Source of the DNA: the human T2T-CHM13v2.0 reference genome, Homo sapiens
DNA length: 64,000 bases
Direction: 5' to 3' (one strand)
NCBI RefSeq assembly: GCF_009914755.1
Contig: NC_060932.1
In this document: one piece after another, positions 36,949-52,430 of the stretch
Layout: every line of letters begins with the position of its first letter
How positions within the stretch are numbered: position 1 is the stretch's first letter
Program-made: the position numbers and the translations under genes
Notes under the pieces: model-generated
Seen by the model: the letters and a program-made list of their open reading frames with translations, nothing else
What the model was told of the DNA's origin: nothing
Database searches by the model: none

Positions 36949-37039
36949 GGCCAGGTGTGGTGACTCATGCCTGTAATCCCAGTACTTTGGGAGGCCAAGG
37001 TGGGAAGATCATGTGAGGCCAGGAGATCAACTTGGGCAA
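36949..37039 (+). mobile_element. Alu/FLAM left-monomer 5' fragment without a tail
   Basis: GGCCAGGTGTGGTGACTCATGCCTGTAATCCCAGTACTTTGGGAGGCCAAGG, ending at TTGGGCAA. Confidence 0.85.
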
Positions 37040-37059
37040 GTACAATAATAGGTGCTTTG

Positions 37060-37470
37060 CCATGATTAGAGATTTGGAATTCCATCTTTTTCATCTGAAA
37101 AATCTTAGACAGCTTAACCACTCTTAGCCTCAGTTTTCTAATTTAGAAAAAAAGGATTAGTGAGACATTATTTAATATGTGTCACGTGCCCAGACTAGTA
37201 TCTAGTGGAGTTGATATTCAATGCAGTATTATGATGTAGTGGGTAAGATTATGCATTCTTGAAATAGAATATCTGGGTTCAAATTCCTGTTCTACCGTTT
37301 ATTTACCTTTTGATTTGGGGCAGTTACTTTACCTTTGTCTCAGTTTTGCTCAGTGGGAAAAAGAGTGATAATAGAACTTAACCATTCAACAGTTGTTGAA
37401 AGGATTACAGGGGTAATAAATACAGCATTTATACTGATGACAAACAGTAAGCACTCAATGTTATATGTCA
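37060..37470 (+). mobile_element. Two tandem MIR SINEs
   Basis: CTTAACCACTCTTAGCCTCAGTTTTCTAAT and CTGGGTTCAAATTCCTG...TTTGGGGCAGTTACTTTACCTTTGTCTCAGTTT. Confidence 0.7.
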
Positions 37471-38019
37471 TCATTTTCCCTTAATGTTTTATTATTCCTA
37501 TCAATACCACCACTGCTTTACAATAAATGCCCACAATTAACAATTGCTTTCCAATTGTATTTTTAAATAGAAACTTCGTAAATTTGCCTTCGTGCTTTTC
37601 AATAATTTTCTTTCTGTCTTACGTCTAATATTCTACAAATAACTCATGTCTAGAGATAATTGGTTAGCCTTATACCCTCCCTACGCTTGATTTCTTTGCC
37701 CACATGAGTGACACTGCCAAAAATATCCTGTTTTCCTCTACTTTTGCCAGTGTTCTTACATCCAGTTCTTTGTGGCAAATGAAGCATCTTCTTGAGATAC
37801 TTTCTTCCGTTGCTTCTCCTAAGATCTATCCCTCTTTTGGTTGTCCTTGTGCTATTCCGAAATATATGCATCCCAGGTTTCAGTTGCCCCCTTAACCACA
37901 CTTAACAGGTAGTGCTTTTGCCTTAGGAGTGTCTGGAAACTGAATGAGCACTCATTCCCATAAAAATTCAGTAACACAATAAACATTTTATTTTCAAATA
38001 GTCTTTAAGATGTGCATGA

Positions 38020-39740
<1,721 letters not shown>

Positions 39741-39796
39741 AAGATATGCATGAATGACACATTACAGGGTGCTCGTTATTCTGCTAAAAAGACCAG

Positions 39797-40411
39797 GTAT
39801 TAGTTTTCAATTACTGTCATAAGAAGCTACCACAAACTTCATGACTTAAAACAACACCAATTTATGACATTAAAGCTCTGTAGGTCAGAAATCTATTATA
39901 GGTTGCATGGGACTTAAAGTGCTGACTGTAGGCTGCATTCTTTTCTGGAGGCTTGAGGGGAGAATCCATGTTCTTGCTCATTCTGGTTGGCAGAATTCAG
40001 CTCCTTGTGGCTGTGGAACTGAAGTCCCTGTCTGCTTCCTGGCTGTAGTCTGAGGGCAGTTCCAAGCTTCTAGGGGCTACCTGTATAAGGAAATACAGGT
40101 AGTCAAGGAAGACTCACAGCCTCCTCTCTTCATCTTCAAAGCTAGTCACAAGGTCAAGTCCTTTTCACCTTGCATCTCCTTCTGTCTGATCCTTCTTCCT
40201 CTTACAGAGTGGAATCCATGAGGTTCCATGGGACCCACCCAGATAATCCCAGTTAATCTTCTTATGTTCAGATCAGTTGATTAGCAAACTTAATTCTCCC
40301 AGCAACCCTAAGTCCCTTTTTGCCATATATATACCATATTCACAGTTTCCGGGGATTAAGTGGACATCTTTGGGAAAGAGTCATTTCTTGTCTTTTCTTT
40401 CTTCTTACCAC
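39797..40411 (-). mobile_element. MLT1E-like solo LTR
   Basis: GTATTAGTTTTC...TACCACAAACTT...CTTAAAACAACAC...TTGGCAGAATTCAGCTCCTTGTGG...GGGATTAAGTGGACATCTTTGGG...TACCACA. Confidence 0.8.
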
Positions 40412-40721
40412 AAACTATGAAACTATATCAGATATTCAGCTGTTGAAAGTTACTTTCTGATCCAGCCACTGCTTTAGATTCTTTCCCCACCCTGTTTAAA
40501 GCATGTACATCCTAATTGCTCACTTCCTTTATATAAAATATTGCATTATTATAACATGTACTTTCAAAACGAAAGCCTCACTTCATTCTTCTATCCATAA
40601 AAACAAAAGCTTTCCAGTTAATAGGAATGCACCTGTCAGTTATCTCACCCCCAAAGTCTTAGCTATCTAACTAGCTATCATGTGTCTAACTATCTACCAT
40701 TTATCTACCTATGTGGAAATT

Positions 40722-40815
40722 CCATGTGGAACTGTGACTTACTTAAACCTCTTTTCTTGATAAATTACCCAGTCTCGGGTATGTCTTTGTAGCAATGTGA
40801 AAATGGACTAATACA
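40722..40815 (+). mobile_element. Isolated 3' end of a THE1D-like LTR
   Basis: CCATGTGGAACTGTGACTTACTTAAACCTCTTTTC...AAATTACCCAGTCTCGGGTATGTC...GGACTAATACA. Confidence 0.88.
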
Positions 40816-41005
40816 CCTATCACACTAATATCATCTACCTTCTATCATCTATCTATTCTAATCTATTTATCTATTGACCTAACATCTATCATCTATTTAT
40901 ATGTCTGTCTAATCTATTTACCTACCTATCTATAATCTATCATCTATCTACCTATCATTTGTCTTCTATCTATCTACTTTCTCATCTATCTGTTTATCTA
41001 TCTAC

Positions 41006-41399
41006 TGATATGGTTTGGCTCTGTGTCCCCACCCAAATCTCCATCTCAAATTGTAATCCCCACATGGGGAGAGAGAGACATGTAATCCCTATGTGTCGAG
41101 GGAAGGAAGCAATAGGATTATGGGGGCAGTTTCCCCCATGCTGGTTTCATGACAGTGAGTGAATTCTCATGAGATCTAATGGTTTTATGGGTAGTAATTT
41201 TTCCTGTGCTCTCACATGCTGTCTTTCACCTGCAGGCAATGTAGACGTGCCTGCTTCCCCTGCTTCCCATTCACCATGATTGCAAGTTTGCTGAGGCCTC
41301 CCCAGCCATGTGGAACTGTGACTTAATTAAATCTCTTTTCTTTACAAATTACCCAGTCTCGGGTATGTCTTCATATCTATGTGAAAATGGATTAATGCA
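41006..41399 (+). mobile_element. THE1D-like solo LTR
   Basis: TGATATGGTTTGGCTCTGTGTCCCCACCCAAATCTC...GGATTAATGCA. Confidence 0.9.
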
Positions 41400-41470
41400 C
41401 CTATCTATAACCTATCTATCATCTATCTATCTTGTATCCATCTAATCTATTTATCCTCTACTTTTCTATC

Positions 41471-41529
<59 letters not shown>

Positions 41530-41829
41530 CTACCTATCTCCAAATAAATGCAGCATTCTAAGAGTAATTCCTATATTAACTGCTAAGGGTTGAAAATGGA
41601 ATCTTCCTGGCACTTATAGCTCTCTCTCTTTCTGTGATTACTATTATTAATACATGCCTCTTGAAGACAAGGGCTTTTCTCTGGGAGAGTGAGAACTCAT
41701 GCTGAGGCCCATCCACACTCACAATCCCTTTGATTACTATGTAATTTCATATTTAATCACACCAGTCATGATGAAAATAAAAGTTTTGTAGGATATTATA
41801 CTTTGCAAAATACAAATAGAATTTTACAT

Positions 41830-41995
41830 GAAGTCCTGTGTCAATCCTGTGAGCTAGGCAAGGATCAACTTCTATACTTCCTATTTTACATTTGAAAAAA
41901 GTGAAGTTAAAGGGAATTAATCTTGCCTAAGGTCACATAACTAGTCAGTTACAGTGGGTGAATTTGAACTCAACTCCTTTCCTTTTCACTATGCC
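41830..41995 (-). mobile_element. MIR SINE fragment
   Basis: CCTATTTTACATTTGAAAAAAGTGAAG...CTTGCCTAAGGTCACATAACTAGT. Confidence 0.7.
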
Positions 41996-42600
41996 TACAA
42001 TAGTTAATTCTGCAAGTTGCTGTGATAATAAATTTCTGCTTTTGACGCTGTTATAAATGTGATAGTCTAGTTTTTCCTTAAGATGATAAAAATGTCATAT
42101 ATATATATGATATACTGACCACCAAAATCTGTTTTCTAAAACACAGTTAGCTCACTTTTTATATATATTTTGAATTTAATTCCACACAGTTTATACTTCC
42201 TTCTACCTTTCTAATATAATTTTTAGATGTTTCTTTACTTTTAGGCTATGTGTAGTCTCTTACATTTTTTCCTTCTTCTTTACCTTCTTATGATTCTACA
42301 TGGATCTCCATGTCTTCTGTGTCTTGCTCCTTCCTCCCAAGAAGAAAAGTAATTTGTTAAATATATTCACACTAGAGATACAGAGTCAGATAGAAGAAAC
42401 TTAATTCAAGTTGCTAGCAAGTGGTAACAAATACTTGAACCCAGGTGGGTTTAACTCCAAAACCATGTTGTATCTCACTGTATTGCAACATGATGCTTTA
42501 AATAATTCTCCACATGGCCTGGTTTCCAGTATTTTTAACATATGTATTACCATTGTCCCAAATTCCAGATAGTTCATGTTCCTCTTAAAATGTTATCCTG

Positions 42601-42900
<300 letters not shown>

Positions 42901-43509
42901 TTATCCTGAACCGTTCCCTTTTCCAGATGTGTATTAATTAATGCCAAATTTACCCTAAGATTGTTACCTTACCATGAACTTGGTATGGGTCTTCTATGAC
43001 TCCTGCTTAAGATTTCAAAGCTTTATAATTAGTGGTGACAAATTTGACTCAGATAGTTAACTAGTAATCGTCCAAACTTCTTGGATCTTTTTTCCATCTG
43101 AACTCTGGTTAAATGACACTCTCTCATTCTCAGTTTGGACAATTGGTTATTTGGACTAAAATGCAGGGCATGGCATATGACTCAATTAACTTCTAATTTG
43201 TTGGTGTTATCCTATTATTCTGATCTTATAGACCTTGAAAGTTGTTACTCTGTTTTGTTAAAAATCCATTTTTTTCTATTTTCTCCCCCTCATTCAATTT
43301 TACATAAGTAGAGTCCCAACCAGATATCTCTTTCTTTATTCAAATAATAGAAAATGAGGTATAAGTGTCTGATGACAGTTTAATATGTTATCTCACACAG
43401 TCCTGTCCAGAATTATTTTCATTTAAATAAAATAATATTTAAAAAAAAACACTTTAAAGAGGAAGGAATGGATCTAATTAGAATACCAGCATCAGCCCAA
43501 CATGATAAA

Positions 43510-44960
<1,451 letters not shown>

Positions 44961-45754
44961 CAGAGTTTCTTCTCTTGTGAGGCTGAGGAAACTGCTATCC
45001 CTGGCACTCACCAAGCCGAACTGTGTATTATCTTGCAGAGCTTTGTACACACCACAGTGACAGCACTTTGCCTGGCACAGTGGTGGGTGTCTGGGGAGGA
45101 AGGTGAGGAAGAGACACACTCCTTCCTTGTTCTGCTTGCACGTTTCCCTGGGGACCTTCTACCCTGCTGTACTCAGGACAGTAAATCACACAATCTCAGG
45201 AACTGTCTCATAGTTGATTTCATCTAAAGGCACATAAGAAAGTGTTTTAAAGAGACTGACCAGTAACTCTGAAATCCCAAATCACTCCTCACAAATAGGC
45301 ACCAACTCTGCCTAACTTATAAAGACAGTGTTGACATGCCTGCTGGGGCTGCCTCTCCTCAGGTCCTCTTATGTCTCTATTTTTTCCAACTGTAACTGGG
45401 AACAGTGACACCTTTTCTCAGCATTGTTTTGAGTATTTCAGGCATTAACATATAAGTAAAGTGTCTTTTTGATACAGTGCCTCACCTTATCTCTATTTAT
45501 ATCAAGATATTTAATCATTTCTAACTACCCTGTTTTTTCCTTTCATCTTGAATTTTTGAAATTAAGATAAACTTAAAAATCCATATCTACATTTGATGTT
45601 AGTGTTTCCTTTTCAAAAATAAATTAATAATGGATCTTACATTCAATAGCTTCTTAGAAATGAGGAATATTATGACAATACATAAGTAGATAGATAAAGT
45701 GTATCACTTTTGTAGTCTCAAACCACATTGATTCCTATATAACAACTAAAGGAA

Positions 45755-45980
45755 GCAGTGTGCTTTGTGGGAGAACAAGCAGAGGCTTTGAAGTTACAAC
45801 ATATTTGAAAACTAGCTCTTTCCATTTGAGCAAGTTATTTATTATATTTAATCTCTTTGAGGCTCAATATTCTTGCCCATAAAAATGGAAACGCAGTTAC
45901 ATATAATAATACATATTTAATTAAGGGTGAAAATAGCATCTAGTTAGGGTTTGGCACATAGTAGATATTCAGTGCATAAC
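45755..45980 (+). mobile_element. MIR SINE
   Basis: TTTGAGCAAGTTATT...AATCTCTTTGAGGCTCAAT...ATAAAAATGG...TGGCACATAGTAGATATTCA. Confidence 0.7.
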
Positions 45981-46393
45981 TATAATTTCGAGCTAGCAAC
46001 GTGCTAAATTTTGTGGGGGCTACAAAGATGAATGGAAGGAAAGTAAATTAGACTGTAATTTTTGATTGTTTATTTTCTATTAGGCTCTGTGGTTGATATT
46101 CTATGTGTGCTTATCTTAACACTCCTGAAAAGCTATGAGGAATTTTTTTAATATTTCCATTTAACAGGTTAAGGAACTGTGGCTTACAGACGTTACATAA
46201 TTTATTTGGGATCAGTTCTTGCCCTGAAGGAGTTTGTATTCTAATTGGAGACAGCAGTAAAATGCATCTGAAGATCCACGAAGCTGTACAATGTAAAAGA
46301 GGCATCATAAGGACAGACATGGCATCTCTAATTGAGTGAACATAGAAAATAAGGACCAGGGAGTTAGAAGGAGAAATCTTCCTCAGTTAAAGT

Positions 46394-46908
46394 GTGTATC
46401 AATCAGGATTGACTGCCTTATGCTGCCATAACAAACAACCTGGTTGCTGGTTAATTTCAGATCAACCTGGTTGTTAAAAGACGTACTTTTAGCTCATGGC
46501 CATCAGAGGTTGGACATATCATAGTTGCTTAAGAAACCAGGTTGATGCAGAAGCCACCATCTTTGATTTTGTTGGTTACTCCGCCAGAGAGATATAAGAG
46601 CCCTGGAGAATCTTATAATTAATTAATTTAGTAAATGCTTGGCAATTGAATGCTGTGGCCTAGAGTCACTTCCACTTTCAAGTTATTGGACATACCAGGC
46701 ATGGCGGCTCATGCCTGTAATCCCAGCACTTTGAGAGGCCAAGGCAGGAAGATCTTTTGAGGCTAGGAATTTGAGATCAAGTTATTTGACAGAACTGGTC
46801 ATGTGACCCTTGAAAACATAAAGGGGCCAGGAATCATACTTCTACCATGTGCCTGGTAAGAGGCAGATCTGGAAATATCTGGTGAATGGCAGTAATAATT
46901 AACGCACA
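46394..46908 (-). mobile_element. Old MLT1 (MLT1J/K-like) LTR containing an Alu fragment
   Basis: TGTATCAATCAGG...TATGCTGCCATAACAAACAACC...TCACTTCCAC...CAGAACTGGTCATGTGACC...AAATATCTGGTGAATGGCAGTAAT. Confidence 0.7.
46693..46779 (+). mobile_element. Tailless Alu/FLAM 5' fragment (about 85 nt) with TSD
   Basis: CCAGGCATGGCGGCTCATGCCTGTAATCCCAGCACTTTGAGAGGCCAAGG...TTTGAGATCA, flanked by TCAAGTTATTGGACA (46678-92) / TCAAGTTATTTGACA (46777-91). Confidence 0.88.
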
Positions 46909-47329
46909 GGAGCCTAGCATAACTTGTGTTTAATTATTTTTATAAATAATTATTTTAAGTATCATATTTAAGCATTGGTATTAGTTCTGATTGAAAAGCC
47001 TTAGTTCTGGTTGAAAATTGCCCTGCTGAAAGGATGTTTGTGCATGTATAATGTAGGTGTGCTTCTTACTTGTGTCCACTACCCACATACATTAGATTAA
47101 TCACAGCCATCACTACTGATTTTCTTTCAAACCTTTACTAAGCACTTGCCAGTAGCACTCGCCGTGTCTGTCTAAAACCCTGCTTATTATGCCTTCCCCT
47201 CTGATCATGGAAAGTAATTTATCCAATAAAATTTATTAAGTAGTTTCTGTTTACATAACACATTTACAGGGCACCTCGGAAATGACAAAACAATATATGA
47301 TTATACTAGAAACATTTATCTCACCATCT

Positions 47330-47885
47330 GCCCTCTACAGGGTTGCTTAGGCCAGAAACTAGAGAGAGATCTTGAACTCTCTTTCCTCTTCTTCACCATA
47401 CATGCAATTTAGTCCTCAAGCTCTGTTGACTTTATATTTTTCAAATATTTGATGCACATTGGAATCATTTGGAATATATTTTTTTAAATACTGGATCTGA
47501 CCTCAAGAGAGTCTTATGTCATTGGTCTAGAAGAGGCCTGGGCATTGAGGTTTTTATAAGCTTCCAGGTGATTCTCAAATGCAGTCAAATTTGAGATCCA
47601 AGAAGTCTCAGTTCTTTCTTCTTATCTTTATTCATACCACCCACTTTGGTGAAACTTCCTCTAATCTCTAATGTAGATTACTTTAGAAATTCCCTATCTG
47701 AGCCCCCTGGCTCAGCCTGGGCTAGGGGCCCCAGGACTGTGTTACCACTACACTCGGCCCTTATACAGACTGTACTTATATTCTATCTTTATCGTTTATC
47801 TCCTCTATTAGATTATGAGAATCTTGAGGGTAGCAGTCAATATCTATGCCTGACTTGTAGTTCACAATATGGCAAATAAAAGGTG
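47330..47885 (+). mobile_element. L2 fragments with a MER5A-like insertion (about 47450-47600)
   Basis: L2-like TGCTTAGGCCAGAAACT...CTCTCTTTCCTC and ATTAGATTATGAGAATCTTGAGGGTAG. MER5-like CACATTGGAATCATTTGG...CCAGGTGATTCT..ATGCAGTCAAATTTGAGA. Confidence 0.6.
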
Positions 47886-47889
47886 CCCA

Positions 47890-48480
47890 GAGCTAGAACT
47901 CTGCAAACTAAATGCCCTCTTTGCCATCTGGCTTCCTGTTAGGTTCTGCCAGCAGGGGCACTAGAAGGAGATAGAAAGACAGAATTTTTGGGAAAAGGAA
48001 CTTGTTCCTTGTCTTCTTGCTGTTCCTGTCACTACTACCATGGCAGCAGCTTTTAACTTCTGCAGCATTAGTTGGTTTGAGCCTTTAACTTCTTTTTTCA
48101 CACTCTGAACCAGCCTCTTCAGTGTCTCCTCCTACTGTTTACATATCACTCCCAGAGAAAAATTCTGATGGACTATTTGGGTCATGGGCCATACCCTGGG
48201 CCAATCACTGTTTGCCAAGAGAAGGAGTTCTGTGCTTGGCCAAGCCTCTGTGGCCATGACCACTACTGTGGCAGGGACAATGTCTATCTGACACTGGAAG
48301 AAGAGCCATGGGAAAGAGTGCTGGGGAAGCAAAAATATAAGCTACCTCAACTGACTTTAAGGTTAAAGGGGGAAACATTTCCAGCTTCCAGGGAATCTTA
48401 GATATTGAGTCAGCTTTCAGTCCCAAAGTAGCAATACTTACCCTTTCACATAGAGCTTCAGGTTCCTTATGCTAATACTT
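47890..48480. mobile_element. LTR33-like and MLT1-like LTR fragments
   Basis: TGCCATCTGGCTTCCTGTTAGGTTCTGCCAGCAGGGGCACTAG and GGGTCATGGGCCATACCCTGGGCCAATCACTG. Confidence 0.5.
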
Positions 48481-48482
48481 CC

Positions 48483-48654
48483 TTATTATTATTATTTTTA
48501 CTATTACTATTATTTAGAGATAGGTTCTCACACTTTTGCCCACGCTGAAGTGCAGTGATGTGGTCATAGCTTACTGCAGCTTTGAACTCCTGGGCTTAAG
48601 CCATCCTACCACCTCAGCCTCCTGAATAGGTGGGACCACAGGCTCACCACCATG
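48483..48654 (-). mobile_element. Alu monomer (FRAM/AluJ right-arm-like) with a (TTA)n tail
   Basis: GAAGTGCAGTGATGTGGTCATAGCTTACTGCAGCTTTGAACTCCTGGGCTTAAGCCATCC. TSD TAATACTTCC at 48473-82 and 48655-64. Confidence 0.88.
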
Positions 48655-49939
48655 TAATACTTCCATTATTGCTGTATCCTAACTCTAGGAGTTCCCAGAC
48701 ATACCCAGATGGCACAGATTCCGGGGCTTAAGGCTCTGTTGGGGCCTGATAGACGGAAGCATGTTCAACATGATAAGGAAGCAAAGAGGCCTGAATAAAT
48801 AATTGCTTGCTGGATTTCAGAAAGCCTTTAGAGAAGACATTTGAACGAGATCCTAAAAAATCAGTGGGCATGAGAAAAAAGGAGATCATAGAGGATTCTG
48901 AACTATGAAAAAATCAAATGCGAAGAAGAATGGAGGCATGAAAAGGCATAATGGGATTTGGAGAATCATTTTGTGTGGCTGAGTATAACATGTATGGGGT
49001 GGGGGCTGATGCGTCTGGAAAGACAGATTGTGGCCAGATTGTGATGGGCTTGCGATGCCATCAATTCTCTTGGAAAACATCTGCTTCCCATGTGCTGGCC
49101 AAAGCTACAACCATTTTCACACATACTTTATTATGGGGATCTTTTTTTGCAAGTATGCCTGGAATCAGCTTGCTTCCAACAGCCCAAGGCCAATGAGAAG
49201 ATACCTGGGAGGTGAAGGGCATAGGAATGAAATGAGCATTTTCAAATTTGTTACCTTAACGCATTTCAGATTTCAGTTCAATATCTTCAAGCTGTTGCAA
49301 AGCTACAGTAAGCTTTTCATCCTCAGTATTTCTGCACCTGCATGTTTCTGTGCCCACTGCTGGGTCAGGCTCCATGCAGTCCCAGAAATGGCAGAAGACA
49401 GGGCTGGGAATTCAGGTAAGAGAACAAATCTGCCTGAGGCTGACTCATCTGAAAATTGAAATACGTAAACAAAGTTTAGCTGCAATGGAGCAGCTGGAGT
49501 ACAAATAGCTGTAGGCGTTGGAACAATATAACAAGGCTGAAAGTGATGCTGAGACTTATACATTATTTCTAAGTAAAAAATAAAGGGCAAGACAGAAAAA
49601 AACCCAGCATTTTAGAAATGCATTTAGGGAAATGTTATCACAATCTGCACACTGCTGCATATCTTTCTGAACCACCAACACCTGATTTCCCCAGGCTGGG
49701 TTTAAAGCTGTTTATGATTAGCCTCACCTTGCTTTTGTGGTTAATTAATTATACCGTTGCCTGGTAGCACCGCCAGTTTGAAAATAAGAGATGGGGTGGG
49801 ATGTGATGATGATTAAAAGCTATTTGCAAACTCAGAATTTCCTGAACTAAACACTGCAGGAAAAGCAAGGATGAACTGGAAATACTCCTGGCCCTAGGAC
49901 TAGGTGAACTTGGCTAGTTGCAAGTTGTAGGATGTGGAA

Positions 49940-50052
49940 TAGAGTGACCAACTCATCCTGGTTAGCCCTGGATTGTTCTAATTTTAAAACCAAAAGTCCC
50001 ATTTCCTGGCATGCCACTGGTTTCAAGCAAACTAGGACATCTGTTCACCCTG
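49940..50052. mobile_element. MER81-like hAT-Blackjack MITE
   Basis: TAGAGTGACCAACTCATCCTGG...AAAAGTCCC...AGGACATCTGTTCACCCTG with terminal inverted repeats, about 113 bp. Confidence 0.75.
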
Positions 50053-50429
50053 GGGAGGGTTGGAGATTTGGCTGGCTGAAGTTCAATAAGACAGGTGAAG
50101 AAGGTCAAAGTTTGAAGAGAATGACGGATGCCTCAGAAGATGGTGTAGAGATGGAGATCAGCCTGTATGGAAAGGCACAATGCCCAGGGAGGCACGGAAA
50201 CAGGCAGTCAGAGAGATATTAAGAAAAACTGAGATCCAGAACAAATAATACTTCTAAGTCTAAGCAGGCAACCCACAATCGGGTGGAGTAGGGGGATTCA
50301 CACTGTGCAGAGGTTCTAGGGAAGGTCTTTAATTCTTGAAGAAGAAACTGGAGATAGCAGGCAGGGATACACTTCCAGAGTATAGGTATTAGATTTCTCA
50401 GTAGGTTTGCAGAGAAAGAACAGAAGTTT

Positions 50430-50690
50430 GCATAACTGAAGTGTTCATTGGCTTTCTACTGGTCTGAGGATAAAACCTAAGATCTTTACGTGGACATGAA
50501 GAGCTTTCTGAGCCATCCTCAGCAATCTTCACTCTTATTTCTCACCATTCTTTTATTCCAGTCACATTAAATCACCTGCAGTTTCTCAATCATGTCAGGT
50601 TGACCTGGGCCTTTGTATATGGGGTGCCCCTTCCACTCATACTAACTTTCCTTGTTCTTTAGGATTCAGCTCAGATGTCCCACAGCCCCA
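50430..50690 (+). mobile_element. L2 fragment
   Basis: TTCATTGGCTTTCTACTGGTCTGAGGATAAAACC...GGGCCTTTGTATATG...TTCTTTAGGATTCAGCTCAGATGTC. Confidence 0.6.
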
Positions 50691-50964
50691 CTCTCATCCT
50701 ACTCTCAACTCTTTCCTGACTTCCTACAGTGGGTTTTAACGTCTCCTCAAAGTAGAATGCAGATGGATTATTGCTCAGTTTTGGCTAGGGAAGCTCCAAG
50801 TAGCCCCAGAAAGTCAAGGTGCCTGATAAGTTACTGGAAGGCCACAGTGAACCTTCCAGTAGAAAGAGTTTCAAATGAGCATGAATGCCTAAACTGCTGA
50901 TATCCCTGTTGCGGCTCCAGATCCTTCTGACTTATCAACCCAGAGGTAAGTCTGCAGTGCAAGA

Positions 50965-51181
50965 TTTTTTATAGCACTATTAATGCTTTGGCAGGGGTAA
51001 GGGGATCGGGAGGTGGGAGAGGCAGAGCTTGTAATATGCATTGTAAAAGAGTGTCACAGCACCCTGGCCTCTACCCACCAGATACTAATAGGACCCTCCA
51101 AGTTATGACAGCCAAAAATGTCTCCAGACATTGTCAACTATTCCATGGGGGATAAAATTTGCCCTAGGTTGAGAACCACTG
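50965..51181 (+). mobile_element. MER20 DNA transposon
   Basis: CAGCACCCTGGCCTCTACCCACCAGATAC...GACAGCCAAAAATGTCTCCAGACATTG...GTTGAGAACCACTG. Confidence 0.85.
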
Positions 51182-51394
51182 TCCTAGTCTGAAGGAACCT
51201 CTTGTGGAACATTGGCAAGACCCTTACTGAGCAGAAGCCTAGCACCCTGAGCATCCAGGAGAAGAAAATATTTGTGATCTACGGGCTCAGTGAAGAATTA
51301 TGGAGGACTTCAGGTGAGCACTACACTCCCTTTGGTGACTTTTCCAGATGACCTGTGATCTACATTGGTCCAACTGCATAGCCCTTATTTGCTA

Positions 51395-51727
<333 letters not shown>

Positions 51728-52039
51728 TCATCTCAGTGTAACTCAAATCTAATGTAGAATCAAGAGATGATTTTCAGTCTATCAGTGAAAGTATGAGTGT
51801 GTCTCTTCTAGACTCTAAATACTCCAGAGTAACAGCCAATTATTATATTTTAATTTAAGATTTTTGTGTCTCCCATCCAGGATCTAGAAGGAAGCTTTGC
51901 ATGGATTAGATAATTCAATAATATTTATCAAATCAAAGTTGGGAGTCAAAAGAGAATTTGGAAGCTTTGATCATCAGGAAAGAAGATGGAGTTTATTGAC
52001 CCAATGGAAGAGAAAAGCCACTTTTCTGTAAAGTGTAAG

Positions 52040-52430
52040 GCGTGGTATCCAAGGCTACTCTCTGGAGACGACCATAGGCTTCACCTGGGAGTTGTGAGAA
52101 ATGCAAACTCTCAACCCCATCCCAGACCCTCTGAATCAAAAGCTGCATTTTAAAACATGTCCTGTGCACATTAAGCTTTAAGAGGCATGGTTTTAGAGCA
52201 CAGGCTTTGTATCCCTGGAATCAAAGTTCAAGTCTTTCACTTATCAGCTATACAAACTTAAGCAAGACATGCGAAGTTTTTGAGACTCACTGTTTCTGTG
52301 AAACAGGCATATTCATATACACTACCTACTAGAGTTGTGAAGTTCAAATGAACAAAAAAGAATATTGGACACAAGTCATGGTGCCTGACTTTATACAGTA
52401 AGAGTTTAATTGTTTGATGCTATTATTTTC
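52040..52430 (+). mobile_element. MER5A fragment (about 52040-52190) followed by a MIR
   Basis: TCACCTGGGAGTTGTGAGAAATGCAAACTCTC...CCAGACCCTCTGAATCA, then CAGGCTTTG...TTCAAGTC...CACTTATCAGCTA...AAGCAAG. Confidence 0.7.

Larger units (their letters stand above)
40660..41540. repeat. Degenerate (CTAT)n region including a pure (TATC)13 microsatellite at 41477-41528
   Basis: Directly visible; it surrounds the THE1D pieces. Confidence 0.9.

Noticed and set aside
47947-47963. CTCF-like GCCAGCAGGGGCACTAG
   Set aside because: It is one base short in the core spacing and lies within an old LTR fragment.
49028-49459. 143-aa ORF in partly unique DNA
   Set aside because: Non-ATG start within an L2-like fragment, with no recognisable domain.
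50930-51350. Splice-like motifs (GAG|GTAAGT at about 50945; CAG|GTGAGC at about 51313)
   Set aside because: Isolated motifs at the frequency expected by chance, with no consistent reading frame. The nearest GT-AG pair is too short for an intron.
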